A stretch of 64,000 nucleotides of DNA from a virus, in IMG/VR virus record IMGVR_UViG_3300046167_000884, positions 1 through 64,000 of that record; one strand, 5' to 3'. Positions within the stretch are counted from its first letter, which is position 1. The number at the start of each line of letters is the position of its first letter. Both the position numbers and the translations under genes were made by a program. Positions 60,940 through 64,000 of this stretch are shown in pieces. The notes below the pieces were generated by a model. It saw only the letters and a program-made list of their open reading frames with translations. It made no database searches and was not told the DNA's origin.

Positions 60940-61212
60940 ATGAAAATAGATATATTTAATGAAATACACTGGTTAAATTTTAGGAAATTACCTGAAATTC
61001 AACCTTTATCATTAAATGAACAAGTAAAAAAATACAACCTTTACATAAATGAACTTACGTATGAACGTAATGTATATTTACATTGGTTAGAGGGACATAA
61101 AAAAGGTCCTAAAAGAACAACTCTTCAAGAAACAGGTTTTTTATTGCAAGAGGATTTATTTGATTTAGAACAAGAAAACGGAAGTAAAATTTTAATAACA
61201 GGATATGCCTAA
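60940..61212 (+). CDS. Hypothetical protein ending in the FLLQED...EQENGSKI motif
   Basis: ORF track. Confidence 0.55.
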   Translation: MKIDIFNEIHWLNFRKLPEIQPLSLNEQVKKYNLYINELTYERNVYLHWLEGHKKGPKRTTLQETGFLLQEDLFDLEQENGSKILITGYA

Positions 61213-61720
61213 TTTACCTATTTCAGGATTACCAGCTTCATCTACATTACAAGGAGATGAATTATTTGCCGATGTACAAGGTGGTGTAACTAAATATACT
61301 ACTTTAGATGATGTAACAAGCTATGTAAGTGGCTCAATTGAAGTCTATAATCAAACTAACCCTAATAACTCATATATAGTTCCCGTAACTTTAACAGTTG
61401 AAAAAGGAGATACAATTAATTTATCAGATACTGTATATCAAAATGCTTCTATGATTGAATTATCATGGAGTGGAGAGACTAACCCAGATGTAACTCTAAA
61501 TCTTCCAGATGCAACAAATGCTAATAATACTTATAGAACAATAAGATTTATTTCTGATTCAACCTTTATCAATTCTAGTCATCATGTTGATTTAACTCCA
61601 ACAGGAGGTCAAACATTAGATGGAAGTACAAACCCTTATGTAATAAATAAAGCATATGAAGGTATTATGGTATGGTCAGATGGAGCAGAATGGTTTATAA
61701 TACAGAAAAAAGCTGGATAA
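61205..61720 (+). CDS. Probable virion decoration/fibre-like protein
   Basis: MPNLPISGLPASSTL...D start and C-terminal beta-rich ...LDG...WSDGAEWFII, resembling fibre/decoration domains. Confidence 0.5.
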   Translation: MPNLPISGLPASSTLQGDELFADVQGGVTKYTTLDDVTSYVSGSIEVYNQTNPNNSYIVPVTLTVEKGDTINLSDTVYQNASMIELSWSGETNPDVTLNLPDATNANNTYRTIRFISDSTFINSSHHVDLTPTGGQTLDGSTNPYVINKAYEGIMVWSDGAEWFIIQKKAG

Positions 61721-61968
61721 TGAACCCATACAAAAATAAAGGTAACATAAGAACGTTTTCGAAAGATGTAAATAAACTAGAACTAGTTTGGCATCAAGAC
61801 GCTGAAGATAGAGATATCGAAGTATTAGAAGGCAAAGGATGGGAATTACAAATGGATAATGAATTACCCTTTGAATTAGTAAAGGGAGATCGTATATTTA
61901 TAACAGAAGGTAGAATACACCGAATATTAAAAGGCATAACAGATTTAAAAATAAAAATAAATGGATAA
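61720..61968 (+). CDS. Small cupin-like protein
   Basis: Start at the TAATG overlap (MNPYKNKG...); WHQDAEDR...GDRIFITEGRIHRILKG. Confidence 0.65.
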   Translation: MNPYKNKGNIRTFSKDVNKLELVWHQDAEDRDIEVLEGKGWELQMDNELPFELVKGDRIFITEGRIHRILKGITDLKIKING

Positions 61969-62254
61969 CTTTAATTTAAGAAAATATTTAGCTGAAGGAA
62001 AATTACATGAAGAACAAGTAATGGGATATGCTGTACTTATAAATGGTAAATTCTATAATAATAAAGTATACAAATCAGAATCAGTAGCTAATGGACAGTT
62101 AACTACATTACTAGGTGATGTAAAAAGTGAATTAGGTCTTGAAGGTGGAAGAAAAGATCAATATTATTTTGGTACTAAAAAAGGAGATAAAGATTTAGAA
62201 CAACGTTTAAAAGATTTAGAACAAGCTAAAGTAGTAGCTGTAACCTATAAATAA
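61961..62254 (+). CDS. Leader-array gene 1 (MDNFNLRKYLAEGKLHEE + unique body)
   Basis: Shared 18-aa leader. Confidence 0.8.
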   Translation: MDNFNLRKYLAEGKLHEEQVMGYAVLINGKFYNNKVYKSESVANGQLTTLLGDVKSELGLEGGRKDQYYFGTKKGDKDLEQRLKDLEQAKVVAVTYK

Positions 62255-62260
62255 AAATAA

Positions 62261-62902
62261 ATGGATAACTTCGATTTAAAAAAATATTTAGCTGAAGGTC
62301 GCTTATTTAAAGAAGAAATAGACTACCCATCTATTAAAGATGAAATGAAAAAAATATATGATATAGATGTAGATCTAGATACCATTAAAGATTTTGTTAC
62401 ATCATATAATGATAGTGAGGGTATGGATGTATTTGATACAACGGAACGAGAAGATTTTTATTTATATTTAAAAGATTTAGCTGAAGGCCTCTTATTTGAA
62501 GAAGAACAATGGTTTGATCCCTCTAGCCCTTCACACGGTAAAGGATATAAAGTATTAGGCGATAAACCACAAGAAGGTGCTTTTTATGTAAGTGGATATG
62601 ATTTTGATAATGATAAAAGCTTTGAATATTATGTACTTGATCCTAATTATAATAAATACCTTACTGCTACCCAAGAATTATTAGGTCTTGCTGATGAACA
62701 GGGACACGAGTATGAAAGTATAGAACAGTATTATGATACAGTTAAAGCTTTTCAAAATGATTTAAGATCTTATGCTAAAGGAGGTAAGTTCGAAGGTGAT
62801 GAGGTACCTAATTGGCTTATGCAAGATCTTGCTATGAGTTTTGGAACTGATTATGACCAATTTTATAGTGATGATGAAGACGAAGACGAAGACGATTATT
62901 AA
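62261..62902 (+). CDS. Leader-array gene 2 (MDNFDLKKYLAEGRLFKEE), with a second internal leader copy
   Basis: Internal LYLKDLAEGLLFEEE at 62462-62506. Confidence 0.8.
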   Translation: MDNFDLKKYLAEGRLFKEEIDYPSIKDEMKKIYDIDVDLDTIKDFVTSYNDSEGMDVFDTTEREDFYLYLKDLAEGLLFEEEQWFDPSSPSHGKGYKVLGDKPQEGAFYVSGYDFDNDKSFEYYVLDPNYNKYLTATQELLGLADEQGHEYESIEQYYDTVKAFQNDLRSYAKGGKFEGDEVPNWLMQDLAMSFGTDYDQFYSDDEDEDEDDY

Positions 62903-62920
62903 AAATAAAATTAAAATAAA

Positions 62921-63472
62921 ATGGATAATTTCGATTTAAAAAAATATTTAGCTGAAGGAAGACTATTTGAAGAAGATTTTAAAAATCCAATTCTAGATAA
63001 ATATTTAGAACTAAAAAAATCAGTAGATAACAATACAGCTTTTGAGTATGAACTATCAGATTTTATTAATGGTTTAGATAATACTGAACGTGAGGGATTA
63101 GAAAGCGATTTAGGATTAGAAAGAGATGAGTTATATGAAGGTCGCTTATTAAAAGAAGAGATAATGGTTGACACCACTATTATGTTTGGTGGTAATGACT
63201 ATATTAAAGATGTACTTACATCACCTGATGATTTTGGCTTTGATGAAGAAGATGCTGAATGGATTAAAAGTAATATTTTAACTGCTCCTAAAATGGTATC
63301 TATTGAAGATTACATGGCTTTAGAGGATAAGTGGGTAGAACAAGCAGATTTAGATGTTGGAACAGGAGCAGATCGTGAGTCTGTTCTAGATGCTATTGAT
63401 GTTCATATTAAACAAGGATTAATAACTCCTGAAGAAGGAGAAGAAGCTAAAAAAATAGCACTAAAATTTTAA
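62921..63472 (+). CDS. Leader-array gene 3 (MDNFDLKKYLAEGRLFEE), with an internal half-leader
   Basis: Internal LYEGRLLKEE at 63131-63160. Confidence 0.8.
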   Translation: MDNFDLKKYLAEGRLFEEDFKNPILDKYLELKKSVDNNTAFEYELSDFINGLDNTEREGLESDLGLERDELYEGRLLKEEIMVDTTIMFGGNDYIKDVLTSPDDFGFDEEDAEWIKSNILTAPKMVSIEDYMALEDKWVEQADLDVGTGADRESVLDAIDVHIKQGLITPEEGEEAKKIALKF

Positions 63473-63477
63473 AATAA

Positions 63478-63789
63478 ATGGATAACTTTGATCTAAAAAA
63501 ATATTTAGCTGAAGGTAAATTATATGAACAAAAATCTCCTAAATTTAAAATAGGTGATTTTGTTCAACCTAAAAGCCGAGATAAATATGTAGGCCAAATT
63601 GAAGATGTTTATATTAATAAACCTGAAAATTTAGAAATAAAAGATGGTGAATATGTTTATTCAGTTGATAAATTAAATCACAGAGGAAAAGATGCAATGT
63701 CATTTGATTTTAAAGAATCAGATTTAGAATCAATATCTGACCCAACTGAATATATAAAAAGTTTAACACCATATAAAAGAAGAAACTAA
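63478..63789 (+). CDS. Leader-array gene 4 (MDNFDLKKYLAEGKLYEQ + SH3/KOW-like body)
   Basis: PKFKIGDFVQPK...GQIEDV...YVYSV...FKESDLE. Confidence 0.8.
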   Translation: MDNFDLKKYLAEGKLYEQKSPKFKIGDFVQPKSRDKYVGQIEDVYINKPENLEIKDGEYVYSVDKLNHRGKDAMSFDFKESDLESISDPTEYIKSLTPYKRRN

Positions 63790-63790
63790 A

Positions 63791-64000
63791 ATGGATAATT
63801 TCGATTTAAAAAAATATTTAGCGGAAGGCCGCTTATTAAAAGAAGAATTAACTTTTTCTTTTGACGAATATAGCTATGAAATTGATGATGATGCCTATCA
63901 AGCAGAAGTAGAGGCAGGTATTAAAACTCAATTACCAAACATCTCAGATAAAGTTTTACAAGCAATCATAGATAGTTCTGTAGAATACTATTATGATCAA
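63791..64000 (+). CDS. Leader-array gene 5 (MDNFDLKKYLAEGRLLKEE...), truncated by the window end
   Basis: Hand-translated; open to base 64000. Confidence 0.8.
   Translation, partial: MDNFDLKKYLAEGRLLKEELTFSFDEYSYEIDDDAYQAEVEAGIKTQLPNISDKVLQAIIDSSVEYYYDQ

Larger units (their letters stand above)
61961..63828 (+). repeat. Five dispersed ~38-nt direct repeats ATGGATAA(C/T)TT(C/T)(G/A)AT(T/C)TAA(A/G)AAAATATTTAGC(T/G)GAAGG at gene starts
   Basis: Copies start at 61961, 62261, 62921, 63478 and 63791. Confidence 0.95.

Noticed and set aside
61961-63828. Repeats as a CRISPR array
   Set aside because: Repeats are in-frame gene starts separated by 260-620 nt of coding sequence of unequal length, and no cas operon is present; the Cas4-like fold at 46095 is a common phage exonuclease.

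Overview
This 64-kb window is part of a strongly AT-rich large (jumbo-type) myophage genome, almost all coded on the + strand. The host is most likely Bacteroidota, inferred from TTTG-N20-TAnnTTT(G/A)-type promoters, A-rich start regions without obvious Shine-Dalgarno sites, and Bacteroidota-style lipoproteins. Layout: (1) 0-10 kb, early/accessory microgenes, a short inverted island (2OG-Fe(II) oxygenase, thioredoxin-like), DUF932, T5orf172, HD hydrolase and a gp55/sigma70-like factor; (2) 10-41 kb, baseplate and fibre module with gp25- and gp6-like wedge proteins, a ~3,000-aa structural protein, a giant proline-free (Ser-Gly-Thr/Ser)n fibre ending in an S74 chaperone, and a Cys-rich spike; (3) 41-44.6 kb, two sulfotransferases, an Asp/Asn beta-hydroxylase-like oxygenase and a GT9-like glycosyltransferase; (4) 44.7-47.9 kb, GIY-YIG nuclease, primase, PD-(D/E)XK exonuclease and an esterase; (5) 47.9-64 kb, proteins built from modules separated by [L/I/V]-x-E motifs, ending in a tandem array of at least 5 genes that share the leader MDNFDLKKYLAEG. 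The leading hypothesis is a capsid-targeted, protease-processed cargo (internal head protein) system with cassette shuffling. The second is a phage-encoded glycosylation/sulfation pathway acting on a serglycin-like Ser-Gly fibre. The sequence carries many single-base indels that split otherwise intact genes; these are treated as long-read consensus errors, and the affected genes are reported joined. No tRNA, rRNA, CRISPR array, capsid, portal or terminase gene was seen. All family assignments come from motif recognition, not from database searches.
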